A DNA stretch of 33,981 nt from Octopus bimaculoides (GCF_001194135.2 NC_068987.1:25168839-25202819), one strand, 5' to 3'. Positions 10,775 to 22,340 are shown, counted from the first letter of the stretch. A program made the numbers and translations. The notes: generated from the sequence alone by a model not told the origin.

Positions 10775-10935
10775 AGATATATATATACATATATATATAT
10801 AAATATGTATATATATATATATATGCATATATATATATATGAATATATAAATATGGATATATATATATATGCGTGTGTGTGTGTGTATGAGTGTGTGTAC
10901 GTGTATATATACATATATGTGTGTATGTGTGTTTG
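10560..10935. repeat. Long compound (CA)n-(TA)n-(TG)n microsatellite
   Basis: Direct reading; source of many YIYI ORF artefacts. Confidence 0.97.
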
Positions 10936-11119
10936 AAAAGGTTAAACGAAAGTGCTAACACACTAAAATAAAAACTTCTTCCCAAAAGGTTAGTAACATC
11001 CTGATAAAAGATTTCATAACATTTTCTTGTAAATAATTTCTTAAAAATATCACCTTTACACTTCAAAACTGTATTAGGTAATTCTCATACACTTTCATAT
11101 ATATATATATATATGTATA

Positions 11120-11919
11120 NNNNNNNNNNNNNNNNNNNNNNNNNNNNNNNNNNNNNNNNNNNNNNNNNNNNNNNNNNNNNNNNNNNNNNNNNNNNNNNNN
11201 NNNNNNNNNNNNNNNNNNNNNNNNNNNNNNNNNNNNNNNNNNNNNNNNNNNNNNNNNNNNNNNNNNNNNNNNNNNNNNNNNNNNNNNNNNNNNNNNNNNN
11301 NNNNNNNNNNNNNNNNNNNNNNNNNNNNNNNNNNNNNNNNNNNNNNNNNNNNNNNNNNNNNNNNNNNNNNNNNNNNNNNNNNNNNNNNNNNNNNNNNNNN
11401 NNNNNNNNNNNNNNNNNNNNNNNNNNNNNNNNNNNNNNNNNNNNNNNNNNNNNNNNNNNNNNNNNNNNNNNNNNNNNNNNNNNNNNNNNNNNNNNNNNNN
11501 NNNNNNNNNNNNNNNNNNNNNNNNNNNNNNNNNNNNNNNNNNNNNNNNNNNNNNNNNNNNNNNNNNNNNNNNNNNNNNNNNNNNNNNNNNNNNNNNNNNN
11601 NNNNNNNNNNNNNNNNNNNNNNNNNNNNNNNNNNNNNNNNNNNNNNNNNNNNNNNNNNNNNNNNNNNNNNNNNNNNNNNNNNNNNNNNNNNNNNNNNNNN
11701 NNNNNNNNNNNNNNNNNNNNNNNNNNNNNNNNNNNNNNNNNNNNNNNNNNNNNNNNNNNNNNNNNNNNNNNNNNNNNNNNNNNNNNNNNNNNNNNNNNNN
11801 NNNNNNNNNNNNNNNNNNNNNNNNNNNNNNNNNNNNNNNNNNNNNNNNNNNNNNNNNNNNNNNNNNNNNNNNNNNNNNNNNNNNNNNNNNNNNNNNNNNN
11901 NNNNNNNNNNNNNNNNNNN
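11120..11919. other. Assembly gap (N-run)
   Basis: N-run preceded by (TA)n. Confidence 1.
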
Positions 11920-12149
11920 CAACAAGTCCAAAGAAAGTGGGTTTAAATCCATTTGGCTACGATTACGTCTTTAATTTATAGTTGAAATCGTTTTGATATC
12001 CATCATTAATAAAGATTTTTCTTTACATAATTCTTGATACTCTTATGATTGTGCTGTAAACGTAAATCCAAAGTGTATGATCGAAGCGAGGAGATCCTAA
12101 GCCACACATGAATATAATTTGACTCAGGTTAAGTTTATTTCACTTCGTT

Positions 12150-12290
12150 TTTTTAATCATATTTGCAAGATTCTTTGTGTGAATTCGTGTGTTGAAACAA
12201 ATTTTGTTGTGTCTAGGGAGAGTCATTATGCCAATATAATTAACACACGCTCAGCATGTGTGTTAATTATATAGGCATAAGTTTATTTTG
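12150..12290. repeat. Unclassified interspersed repeat (family E), copy 1, containing a 23-bp hairpin
   Basis: ttgcaagatt...gtgaattcgtgtgttgaaacaaattttgttgt...aacacacgc recurs at 14290-14400. Confidence 0.7.
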
Positions 12291-12412
12291 AAAATTCATA
12301 GGTGACGTGTTAATATTCAGAAGAATGAACTACACTTACGACAGGCACAAGTCTAATGGCTGGAATAATGTACATCTTCAATGCAATGTCTGCGTTATTT
12401 TTCGTATAGATA

Positions 12413-12801
12413 GTGTAGACGCAATGGCTCAGTGGTTAGGGAAGCGGACTCGCGGTCATAGGATGGCAGTTTCGATTCCCAGACCGGGCATTGTGAGTGT
12501 TTATTGAGCGAAAACACCTAAAGCTCCACGAAGCTCCGGCAGGGGATGGTGGCGAACCCTGTTGTACTCTTCCACCACAACTTTCTCTCACTCTTACTTC
12601 CTGTTTCTGTTGTGCCTGTAATTCAAAGGGCCAGCCTTGTCACACTGTGTCACGCTGAATATCCTCGAGAACTACGTGAAGGGTACACGTGTCTGTGGAG
12701 TGCTCAGCCACTTGCACGTTAATTTCACGAGCAGGTTGTTCCGTTGATCGGATCAACTGGAACCCTTGACGTCGTAAGCGACGGAGTGCCAACAACAACA
12801 A
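12413..12801 (+). mobile_element. SINE family B (tRNA-derived head, (CAA)n tail)
   Basis: A-box tggctcagtgg, B-box gtttcgattcc. Body shared with copies at 20782, 28090 and 30342; ends ...gacggagtgccaacaacaac. Confidence 0.95.
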
Positions 12802-13241
12802 ACAGTGCAGACCATTTGTTTGAATGTTTTGAAATATATATATAAGGAGAAATGGAGTAAACAATCTTTCTGAGTTCATTTGGAGAAAGATTGCATTACA
12901 AAGCATTGATGGTTCTCGCTCAAAATCTTTTGCGGTGATAAAGTTAGTTCAAAGGATTTTAATTCTGAGAAAAATCTAATGTAACGCATTTCGGTTCTTC
13001 TGGTCTTTAAACGTGAAGTAAAGGGTAAGCATGTTAAAGTGATTGAATAACTGTCAAACTGTCATGAAAACATTTTGCATCGGATAACATTTGGAGATCT
13101 CTTTGAATCGAAAATTACATAACTTTGCCTGATTCATCATTGCTAACGAGTAGAAGAAAAGACTGATTAGAATGTGTTTCTCTATCTACTTGTACATGCG
13201 GATTCTTAAGCTTGAGTAAATCCCCTGAATTAAGCAGAACG

Positions 13242-13806
13242 TACGAGGGAGTGGGTGCTGAAAAGTTCCTGGCTTTAAGGATATCGCGAAAAGCCTGATT
13301 GGAGGTCCAACTTTCCAAGTTCTTTTACAGGACTCAGAAAAACTGAAGCACTACTGCAATAAGTGTGTGAATCTGAGAGGGGAATATGTTGAATAAAATC
13401 ATAAAATCATAATTAACTAATCCCCCATCCCTGTGAAGGCACATGGGTCAGTGATCAGAGCGTCGAGCTCACAATCATGAGGTAGTGAGCTTGATTCCCA
13501 GACTGAGCTGTGTGTTGTGTTCTTGAGCAAGACATTTTATTTCACGTTGCTCAAGTTACGATGTCACTGGTGCCTTTGCCTTTCCCTTGGATAACATCGG
13601 TGGCGTGGAGAGGAGAGGCTTGTGTGAATGAGCGACTGCTGGTCTTCCATAAACAACCTTACCTGGAATTGTGCCTTGGAGGGGAACTTTCCATGTGCAA
13701 ACCAGGGTTATTCATGACAGAAGGGGGTCTTTATCCATTACATTTTAACTAATCCCCCCTGTATCCTTTTTACCATAAGTCAAGAACTTTCCAGCACCTC
13801 TTCGCA
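13242..13806 (+). mobile_element. Mariner-derived MITE (about 250 bp) split by a SINE
   Basis: Left TA-cgaggg..gtgctgaaaagttcctgg; right tcaagaactttccagcacctcttcg. Internal piece encodes a mariner C-terminus EKLKHYCNKCVNLRGEYVE*. Confidence 0.85.
13427..13744 (+). mobile_element. SINE family D (tRNA head, CORE-like ttgagcaagacac block), 14-bp TSD
   Basis: Perfect TSD ttaactaatccccc at 13413-13426 and 13745-13758. Degenerate A/B boxes (tgggtcagtga; gcttgattccc). Confidence 0.85.
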
Positions 13807-14289
13807 CGCTGATAAATTGTGAGTGCTTCGGATGTTCTTTTCACGAGGGTGCTGAGGGCAGCTGATCCACAGCTGTTTAACAACAACCCAGTGTAGTCTT
13901 GGGTTACGATGCAATGAAATATTTACTGAGCTGTAAGTGCTTTCATATTTATCAAATTAATCAGCTTGGCAGTAGTAATACAAACAATGTTACCTGCCTG
14001 ATTATGCTCACCCAGTCAAGTGTAAATGGAATCTTTCCTGTGTGGATTCTTACAGGACAACTCGTTTTATATTATTGATCCAAATAAATGACTGTTTTTC
14101 CTTTTAAGAGGTTTGATATTTCTTAACTTTTAAACAGCCAGTCAACATATGTAAATTATGATTTATCTCGACTGAAACACAAGTAAATATCTGTAAGTAT
14201 GTAAAAAGCGACAAGATTGATTAATGCATATATTACGTTCATTTTTCTTTTACTTCCATGTAAACGAAAAGTATCTTTACTTTTATCAG

Positions 14290-14400
14290 TTTGTGTTGCA
14301 AGATTGCTGACATGAAATCGTGTGTTGAGACAGATATTGTTGTATTTCGGGACGGTCAGTTTTTTTTTTTGGCCTAACAAACACACGCACTATATATTTC
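14290..14400. repeat. Family E repeat, copy 2
   Basis: ttgcaagatt...tgaaatcgtgtgttgagacagatattgttgt...aacacacgc, similar to 12150-12290. Confidence 0.65.
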
Positions 14401-15734
14401 TTCTTCACTCGTTTATTACCATTCTTTTTTTATTATTTTAACTCATGTCCATTATTCTACATAACAAGGAATTTACTTACGATGTATAGACACGCTGTAT
14501 AACTGCCTTGGAATGTAACTACGAGGTGATGAAATTACCAGGAGATGAGATTACAGATGATAAAATTACAGACGATATATTTACTGTGATGTAATTGCCG
14601 GCCATAAATTTTAAATTTACAGCAAACTTTAAAAAACAATGACATGCATATTCATTCTTAATGCATTCTGACAGATTCGAACGTGAATATACTAATCATT
14701 GTTGTATTTCGTCGGAAAAACTTCTTTTGAATGCGTTCGACTCATTAGCATTCGAGGACTTCAGGACATCGAGTGTTTCGACATCGTTATGACTTCTCAG
14801 TCAAAGCTATCCCGGACTTATGCTTCTAACAATACTTTGTTGCTTCTCCTTATATGCATGCATCAGACAAATTGTTTGCTGATGCGTGCTGATATCTGCC
14901 AACTGAAATAAATCGCCTTGCGCACGGTGAACAGCAAAAATCAGAACCATAGCATGCGTATTCATTCTTAATACCTTCCAGAAAAAAAAATGCTACTTGT
15001 ACGAGCCGGCAAGGAAGTCCTTGCATGATTACTTGACTAACTAGAATTAATAACCAACTCTCGCCTTTGATCATATGTCTGTTCAATAAAAATTGACACG
15101 AAACTTAAACAACAGCACCAAAAACAACTGCATGAAGTAATTACTCGACCAGAAGTGTGTCTCTTTATATATGAAGTATAGTTAATTTAAGTCCGATTTC
15201 TAGTGACTGGAACAGAATTACGACAACAATCTGAGGAAAAGATTAATATAACTTAATGACAAAAGATCTAATGAATCAGTAATAAAAGCAATTATTCCAG
15301 GTTATCAACACATTCCTAGGCGTTCACAAAAGCAGAGCTACAATGCTTCGTCCTCTTCCACCCATACAATTTGTTTCATTTGTTATTTAAATGGTTTCAA
15401 ATGAAAGACATTTAAACAAAATAGTCGCTAATAAAGGAAATTTTTATATTAAAGAGATTATTTAGAAATGGCTAGGGCTTGTTGCAGAGTACAATACAGA
15501 AAAACAGTTAGAATGAGGAAATTACGATAATAATGGCTTTTGACATTGATACAGGGCATTACTTAATGGGTCGGTGGGCGTATATCGTCGATTATGTTGA
15601 ACATTAATGCTTGTCTGGTATATTGCTGACTTGCAGAGTTATGTCGAATAGCTGCTATCATGTGTGAAACTGATCCGGCGATCGGCCGACCCATTTTGAA
15701 GATCGTCCAACAGCCTTTCTTTGGCCGGAGTACA

Positions 15735-15830
15735 TGAAGGCTAAAGTCAAACAGTGAGATTTGAACTAAAAACGTAAAAGAATTTAAATACTGTAAAGTA
15801 TTTTTGTTCGGTATTTTAACGACTTTAGTG
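15735..15830 (-). mobile_element. Old SINE family C-like head fragment
   Basis: Reverse complement ...ttttacgtttttagttcaaatctcactgtttgactttagccttcat aligns to family C ctttacgttctgagttcaaattccgccgaggtcgactttgcctttcat. Confidence 0.5.

Positions 15831-15832
<2 letters not shown>

Positions 15833-15923
<91 letters not shown>
15833..15923. repeat. (TAA)n microsatellite, about 30 units
   Basis: Direct reading. Confidence 1.
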
Positions 15924-15924
<1 letters not shown>

Positions 15925-16308
15925 GAAATAGAAATTAGCAAAATGTGAAATCTGAAGACTAAAACAATACCTATTGTCATAGGTTCCCTGGGAATGACAG
16001 CGAAACGGGTTGATTACTATCTAGCTCAGATACCAGGAAACCCCAAAATGGCTGAAGTTCAAAAGATAGTGCTCATGGGAACTGCCCATATCCTACGTAA
16101 AATACTGTCTATGTGATCTCAAATTTTACAACAAACACATAATTTTCTTATAGTTTCTTAAACATTCTCTAGAACAACACTATGTACAAATCGAAATATA
16201 TGGTACCCTAGGCATAACACCTACATGAACTTCTAACTTGTTGTCTCTTCAGGTGTCTGGGTGAGACTTGGATCCAACTTGTACAAATGCAAAGCAAAAG
16301 TCAAACAT
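15922..16308 (+). mobile_element. 5'-truncated R4/Dong-like (restriction-like endonuclease) non-LTR retrotransposon
   Basis: 15922-16116 reads IEIEISKM*NLKTKTIPIVIGSLGMTAKRVDYYLAQIPGNPKMAEVQKIVLMGTAHILRKILSM*, the typical RLE C-terminus (IPvViGaLG...LQK.aLlGTA.ILRK). About 190-nt 3' UTR, then (TAA)n resumes. Confidence 0.85.
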
Positions 16309-16324
16309 AAAATAATAATAATGA

Positions 16325-17083
16325 NNNNNNNNNNNNNNNNNNNNNNNNNNNNNNNNNNNNNNNNNNNNNNNNNNNNNNNNNNNNNNNNNNNNNNNNNNNN
16401 NNNNNNNNNNNNNNNNNNNNNNNNNNNNNNNNNNNNNNNNNNNNNNNNNNNNNNNNNNNNNNNNNNNNNNNNNNNNNNNNNNNNNNNNNNNNNNNNNNNN
16501 NNNNNNNNNNNNNNNNNNNNNNNNNNNNNNNNNNNNNNNNNNNNNNNNNNNNNNNNNNNNNNNNNNNNNNNNNNNNNNNNNNNNNNNNNNNNNNNNNNNN
16601 NNNNNNNNNNNNNNNNNNNNNNNNNNNNNNNNNNNNNNNNNNNNNNNNNNNNNNNNNNNNNNNNNNNNNNNNNNNNNNNNNNNNNNNNNNNNNNNNNNNN
16701 NNNNNNNNNNNNNNNNNNNNNNNNNNNNNNNNNNNNNNNNNNNNNNNNNNNNNNNNNNNNNNNNNNNNNNNNNNNNNNNNNNNNNNNNNNNNNNNNNNNN
16801 NNNNNNNNNNNNNNNNNNNNNNNNNNNNNNNNNNNNNNNNNNNNNNNNNNNNNNNNNNNNNNNNNNNNNNNNNNNNNNNNNNNNNNNNNNNNNNNNNNNN
16901 NNNNNNNNNNNNNNNNNNNNNNNNNNNNNNNNNNNNNNNNNNNNNNNNNNNNNNNNNNNNNNNNNNNNNNNNNNNNNNNNNNNNNNNNNNNNNNNNNNNN
17001 NNNNNNNNNNNNNNNNNNNNNNNNNNNNNNNNNNNNNNNNNNNNNNNNNNNNNNNNNNNNNNNNNNNNNNNNNNNNNNNNNNN
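16325..17083. other. Assembly gap (N-run)
   Basis: N-run between (TAA)n and (TA)n(GA)n. Confidence 1.
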
Positions 17084-17128
<45 letters not shown>

Positions 17129-17254
17129 AAAGGGGTGATGGAGAGCAAGAGAAAGCAAGAGAGTTCGAGAGCAACCCAAGAATAACTATTATTCTAGAAT
17201 GTAATAGCTGCTACTTTAAGGACAAGAAAATGCTTTCAAACTGACCCCACGTTT

Positions 17255-18566
17255 AATGTAACCGAAGAACATCTTCGTTATGCCATGCTCTATCAGTTTC
17301 ATAGAGAGGTAAACACAAATGCTACGGCAATATTTATCCTTAGTACTTGTGGTGTAGATGCAGTAAGTGAAAATACTTGTCGAAGGTGGTTTTCCGTTTG
17401 AGAAGTGGGGACTTCAGTCTAACTACTATGGCCCTTCTTCCTCGGAGCTGGCCGATCTTGTACCACCTCCACTTCAACACTCCCGACTCATTTCTCTACC
17501 TCTCGTCAACCTTATGTCTTCTCTCAGGTCCCGCACTAATCACTATGCCTGGTCTTCCTTGCTCAGAACATCGGCCCTCTGGTCTCTCTGCTCACATCTT
17601 TATTGTAGATACTGGCTTCCAACAATTTAAACGGAGCATTAACGGCATCAGTCATATTTGGTCTTGGAAGGTCTGCAAAATCATAGACACTTCTTCTTTC
17701 ACTAAGGCCGAACCATAAAAGATTTGAACCAAGTGAATGGGTATCCACATTGTCTCGAGTTAACGGCTCTAGAAAAGCTGTTGTAGCGAGTACCGTGAAT
17801 ATATTTAAGGGTCTTAGACATCAGTCCAATGCTAGTCATATGGCTATCCATTGTGAAAAGGTTTTAAAAAAGTTAAGGAAATTTGTCTCGCACAACCTGT
17901 TTCTAGAGAATCACCAACAGTGAATTGATTGCTGTGAAGTATTGCATTTACTTCATCTTTGAGTGCTTTAATGTGCACAGAGTTGTTAGAGAGTATGAGA
18001 AATGAAAGATTTATAGTAATGTTAAGCGCCATCACCAGTGGCTTAGTCGTGACGATAAATATGCTCAAAAACCGAGAAGGATTTTCTTCCTAAGAAAATA
18101 ATTTAAAGTGTATGGTTAGATATGCAGGGAAATCGTTTCTTATACACCATTAAACAATAATCGAATAATTTCAGCTGAAGTTTACAGTCAACAACTACGG
18201 CGTATGAAAAGAATTTTGGACAAAAATCATCCGTCTTTAATCAACAGAAACGAGATATTCTTCTCCATGTTAATACACATCCACACACTACATAAGTAAC
18301 CAAGTATGTTATAGAGGAACTCAGCAGGAAAAAAATTTCTCACCCCCCCCCCTTATATTTCCATCCTTGTTACATCTATCATTCTTTTATATATTAAAGA
18401 AACTATTTAGAGGGATTGGACTAGCTTCTAAAAAGAAAGCCGAAAAGGAGCTTAATGACTATTATCAGGACAAACCAAAGGAATTTCATTAACGTAGCTC
18501 CGAAAAGCTTGTTGCCACATTCGGTTGTTGAGGGTTATCGTTAATAGCAGAAAATATGTTGATTAA
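17255..18566 (+). pseudogene. Mariner 3: heavily decayed mariner transposase, interrupted by a LINE fragment
   Basis: NVTEEHLRYAMLYQFHR...DAVSENTCRRWF..RSGDFSL (17255-17420). From about 17870, remnants of GFKK.., YSNVKRHHQWL, ISAEVYSQQLRRM, HPSLINRN, HPP, and a C-terminal ..YVD* at 18566. TIRs not recognised. Confidence 0.75.
17421..17665 (+). mobile_element. CR1-clade LINE 3' fragment inside mariner 3
   Basis: NYYGPSSSELADLVPPPLQHSR...SRTNHYAWSSLLRTSALW...QQFKRSIN matches the CR1-type ORF2 C-terminus (CSSELA..vPP...SF.PRT..LWNSLP...FKR.vN). Confidence 0.7.
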
Positions 18567-18569
18567 TCT

Positions 18570-19065
18570 ATGTGCGCTATGTGGAGTAGACTCGGACCCC
18601 ATCGACTAGTCTCTTCCACGCTTCTCTGTTCTCCTTCAGCTCTGCAACACAATCTTTTCAAGGTTTGAGTCCTCTAGCAACTGATGCGCATATGTTCGAA
18701 AGGCCTGCCTTGTGTCCTTTTACCATACGTTGTTTCCCATATTAACTCCTGACGTACACAACTTCATATTTTCTGTACTAATAGTGTCTTACACCTTGAA
18801 GTAGTCGTTGTTTGATGATTTCTGCTAATAATGGTGCATTTCCATGTAATATGCTACTTGGTAAATGTTACATCCAAGAAATGTTCTTCCTTTTCTTTAA
18901 CATTTTGGCATATGTTTACATTTAGTCTGGTTTCTATTACTTTTCTAAGTGTCCAGCATTCAGATCCATATATCAATATGCTTTCTACAGCAACTATGAA
19001 AAAAAAAAAAAAAACCCTGTATTTTGAGGTCATTAGATAAATTTGCTTTCCATATTGCGAAAAAC
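18570..19065 (-). mobile_element. RTE-clade LINE 3' fragment
   Basis: Minus strand gives IWKANLSNDLKI, VAVESILIYGSECWTLRK, LIWETTYGKRTQGRP and ..REAWKRLV in pieces, all RTE ORF2 C-terminal motifs. Confidence 0.8.
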
Positions 19066-20501
19066 CAAAAATCTATAATCACCACTTTTTTCCGATATGC
19101 ATTTGAAAATCAGAAAAAAACTTTCATTATAATCTGATAACAGTGCAAATGATATTTGAAGGAAGAAGTAGGGACATTTTAGAAGATACCCAAATATCTG
19201 TTATTCCATTTTTTAATAGCTTCATCAGATTTCCCAATGTTGCAAGCATTCGAGTCAATTTGGCTGTATCTTCCTCACTTTCTTTCATCAGTCTTGGAGG
19301 TTGTCAAAAGGTTCTTGCCCTTTCTCCCCTAACTAAACCAGTAATTTCTTCTGTTTTTTTAAAAATTTTACTTTGAATGAGAAAAATACATGAAACGCAG
19401 ATTAGCAAACACATACTAGAATTGACTCCATAAATGAGAGTGTAATCGAATGAAACCTGTTTCGTTGATGTGGCATGGAAGGTGATAATTTCGTTATTTT
19501 ACCACTTGGCAAAGTTTGTATGTCACTTATAATTAGCAACCCAAGATTAAATGATTAATAATCATTGAGCTGACGTTTTCTCCAACCCACCGCATAAATA
19601 TTATGAATAAAATAAATTTCTTTTCCTCACTATAGTAAAATAATAGCTGACTATTATTTTTGTGCAATCTGTTTAACTGTAATTATGTTCGTTGCTTCCG
19701 CCTTTCTGTTGATTATAAAGGTGTTAGTTACTTTCCATATGTCTTCTCCATAATATTCTTGTGGTATTCCAGTTAATGAAAAAGTATTTGTCAGCACCGT
19801 CTTCATTAATAAGCCTAATTGAGACCAAAGAAAAGAATTAAAGATCAGTTTGTATGAACATCCACCTAATGAAATTGTTTACTTATATTTGTATTCATAT
19901 AATAACAGCTATAACGATTAGATTATGCATAACTGATGAGATTTAATATGACTGAAACATGCACTGAATTTTCGCCGCATAGTAAAATATCATATTTCCT
20001 CCTCAGTGTGTTCTATCTTCATTATCTTTTAATTATTAGTTTAAATCTAGCTTTGTCACTCATGTCTGTCTTGATCAGATCTACTCGTCAACATAAGAAT
20101 TAGTTTTCCTCATTATGGGCGGTAGGGATGAAATGTCTTGCCTTCGAGTGCGGGATAGCTAGGCCTAGGGTGGTACATATGGGTTGTCATTGACAGGGCG
20201 TGTTTCTAAGATACTTTATTCTTCCTGTTGATGAATACAGCAAGGTTGGTGGAATATGTGCAGTCTCTAGCGGATACACAGCCGGTAAATGCGAGCTCCA
20301 TGTGAGTAAAGAGGAGCCCTGTCAACAACACACCATTTTATGTCGGGAAGTCATTTCAGAGTCTTCAGATAAAGAGGACATGGGTGGTGGAGTTTTCCCC
20401 ATTCCTTCACCTGAAGGAGTGCATGTGCCGCGCTTACCTTCCATTAGATAGATTTGTATTTATATACATCATTATTCAACGCTTCTATTCCGTATTTTAT
20501 T

Positions 20502-20640
20502 TACGAGGGGTCACCGATTAGCGCAACCAGTTACAATACGACGACACCCATATGATAAGAAATAGCCATCTATTGTCAGTTCGTAGTGTCCCCGCCTTTT
20601 CGGTGTCTGATGATGAAGAGATGATAACCACCCCGAAATG
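20502..20640 (+). mobile_element. Possible mariner-type 5' end fragment
   Basis: Begins tacgaggggtcaccg, similar to TA-CGAGGGG mariner TIR starts (compare 13242). No partner end or coding sequence found. Confidence 0.25.
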
Positions 20641-20781
20641 CATGCAACCACCAGTCTGGTTAGAGGAAGCTTCGATAAAATACAGTGAATGACTTTCTTA
20701 CGGGTTCAAATATGCCCCAAGCATACTTGAACTGATAATAAATTTGTAAATATAATATAATATAAATATATAAATATATCT

Positions 20782-21154
20782 GTGGAGGTGTAATGGCCCA
20801 GTGGTTAGGGCAGCGGACTCGCGGTCATAGGATCGCGGTTTCGATTCCCAGACCGGGCGTTGTGAGTGTTTATTGAGCAGAAACACCTCCACGAGGCTCC
20901 GGCAGGGTGTGGTGGCGAACCCTGCTGTACTCTTTCATCACAACTTTCCCTCACTCTTTCTTCCTGTTTCTGTTGTACCTGTATTTCAAAGAGCGAGCCT
21001 TGTCACACACTGTCACGCTGAATCTCCCCGAGAACTACGGTAAGAGTACACGTGTCTGTGGAGTGCTCAACCGCTTGCATGCTAATTTCCCGAGCAGGCT
21101 GTTCCTTTGATCGGATCAACTGGAACCCTCGTCGTCGTAACCGACAGAGTACCA
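20782..21154 (+). mobile_element. SINE family B
   Basis: gtggaggtgtaatggcccagtggttagggcagcggactcgcgg...gtttcgattcccagaccgggcg...ggatcaactggaaccctcgtcgtcgtaaccgac. Confidence 0.95.
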
Positions 21155-21486
21155 CGAATATAAATATAATATAATATGATATATAAATTCCATCCAAATT
21201 TCAGACCTACACATTAGTATCGCATATTCACAGAACCATTCTCTCTCACTCACACAACCAGGTAAAGGTATTTTAGCACCCGCATACATAATCTGCACCC
21301 AACCACATACATCGAAACTCAAACAACCACACATTTATACTGTTGTTCTTTGAAGTATAATTAAAATTAACAGAAGATAATGACATCTAGCAATTGTCAT
21401 TAGTATCCATATATATTGATTAATAATTGACCGTTTAGCATCTTGTATGTCCTCCTTCTAATAATCATCTACGATTCAATACCTAG

Positions 21487-21517
<31 letters not shown>

Positions 21518-21568
21518 TCTCTTTTTCCATCCCTCCATCTCTCTTATTATTTGGGCATTCGTCATATA

Positions 21569-22340
21569 CAGGGTGTTAGCTGTTTGGAACAAAGACTTTA
21601 TTCGAGGAAAACAAATGTATTTATTAGAATAAACAATATATTTTTATATAATTTGGTACACACATGTATCAAAGGACTATTCAATAAAACCGCCATCAGC
21701 TTCGATTACTGCCTCAATACGACTTCTGAAACAACTAACTGCGTTGATCAGGTAATCTTTATTAATGTTGCTCATAACCTCCCCAGTAGCCAGCGTCAAC
21801 GAGTCCTTGATATTGTGGGCATGCTTGGTATCCCTGAGACGTGCTTGTCCAGGGGTGAGGATTAAATCAGAAAGAGCTAGGAGGTCAAATATTAGGAGTG
21901 ACATGATCATGAAAATTTCCGGTCATCCAGAGTCATACGGGCTGTGCGAGAGGGAGCAGAGTCTTACTGGAACGCAGAACAACTCTCTGAATATAGTGTT
22001 TGGCAACCACCTCCATTGTTTCGACGTAGGTTGTTTCATTGACTTTCAAGACCCTCAAGATCATCAACGATGGGAATAAAAGTGGGGACTTCAGCGGGGC
22101 TGGAGCAGAACCATCTGTCATTCCTCTTGTTCGCTTTTTTGATCTTGGACAAAGTTCTCATCTGAGTAGAACCAGAGCATGTCGGGCTCCTGAGGACACT
22201 TAAGTTTGTTCAGCAAACGCTTCGACCGGATTAAATGGTTAACTCGGGTCTTAATGTTCATGAAGTGCATCCTTCTCATGACATAATATTTGTACACCCA
22301 CTACCGGATGCAGTTGAGAGTCATACTCGGAACATGTTAA
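21569..22340 (-). mobile_element. DD37D (maT) Tc1/mariner-superfamily remnant, 5' end missing
   Basis: YKYYVMRR...RSKRLLNKLKCPQEPDMLWFYSDE.NF.QDQK; FQ*DSAPSRTAR..WMTGNFHDHVTPNI*PPSS.D.NP; C-terminus INKDYLINAVSCFRSRIEAVIEADGGFIE* (stop at 21677). Terminus TA-cagggtg at 21567-21575. The 37-residue spacing needs small indels corrected. Confidence 0.85.

Noticed and set aside
15565-15695. Inverted 10-mer aatgggtcgg / ccgacccatt
   Set aside because: Only 10 bp with a 111-bp non-pairing spacer, and no TSD or second copy.
19143-19376. Exon-like purine-rich stretch on the minus strand (MKESEEDTAKLTRMLATLG...)
   Set aside because: Stops occur in all minus frames, there is no good polypyrimidine acceptor and I recognise no family; it does not continue the adjacent RTE motifs.
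20200-20451. 83-aa ORF in a GC-elevated patch
   Set aside because: No recognisable motif on either strand; probably old TE debris.
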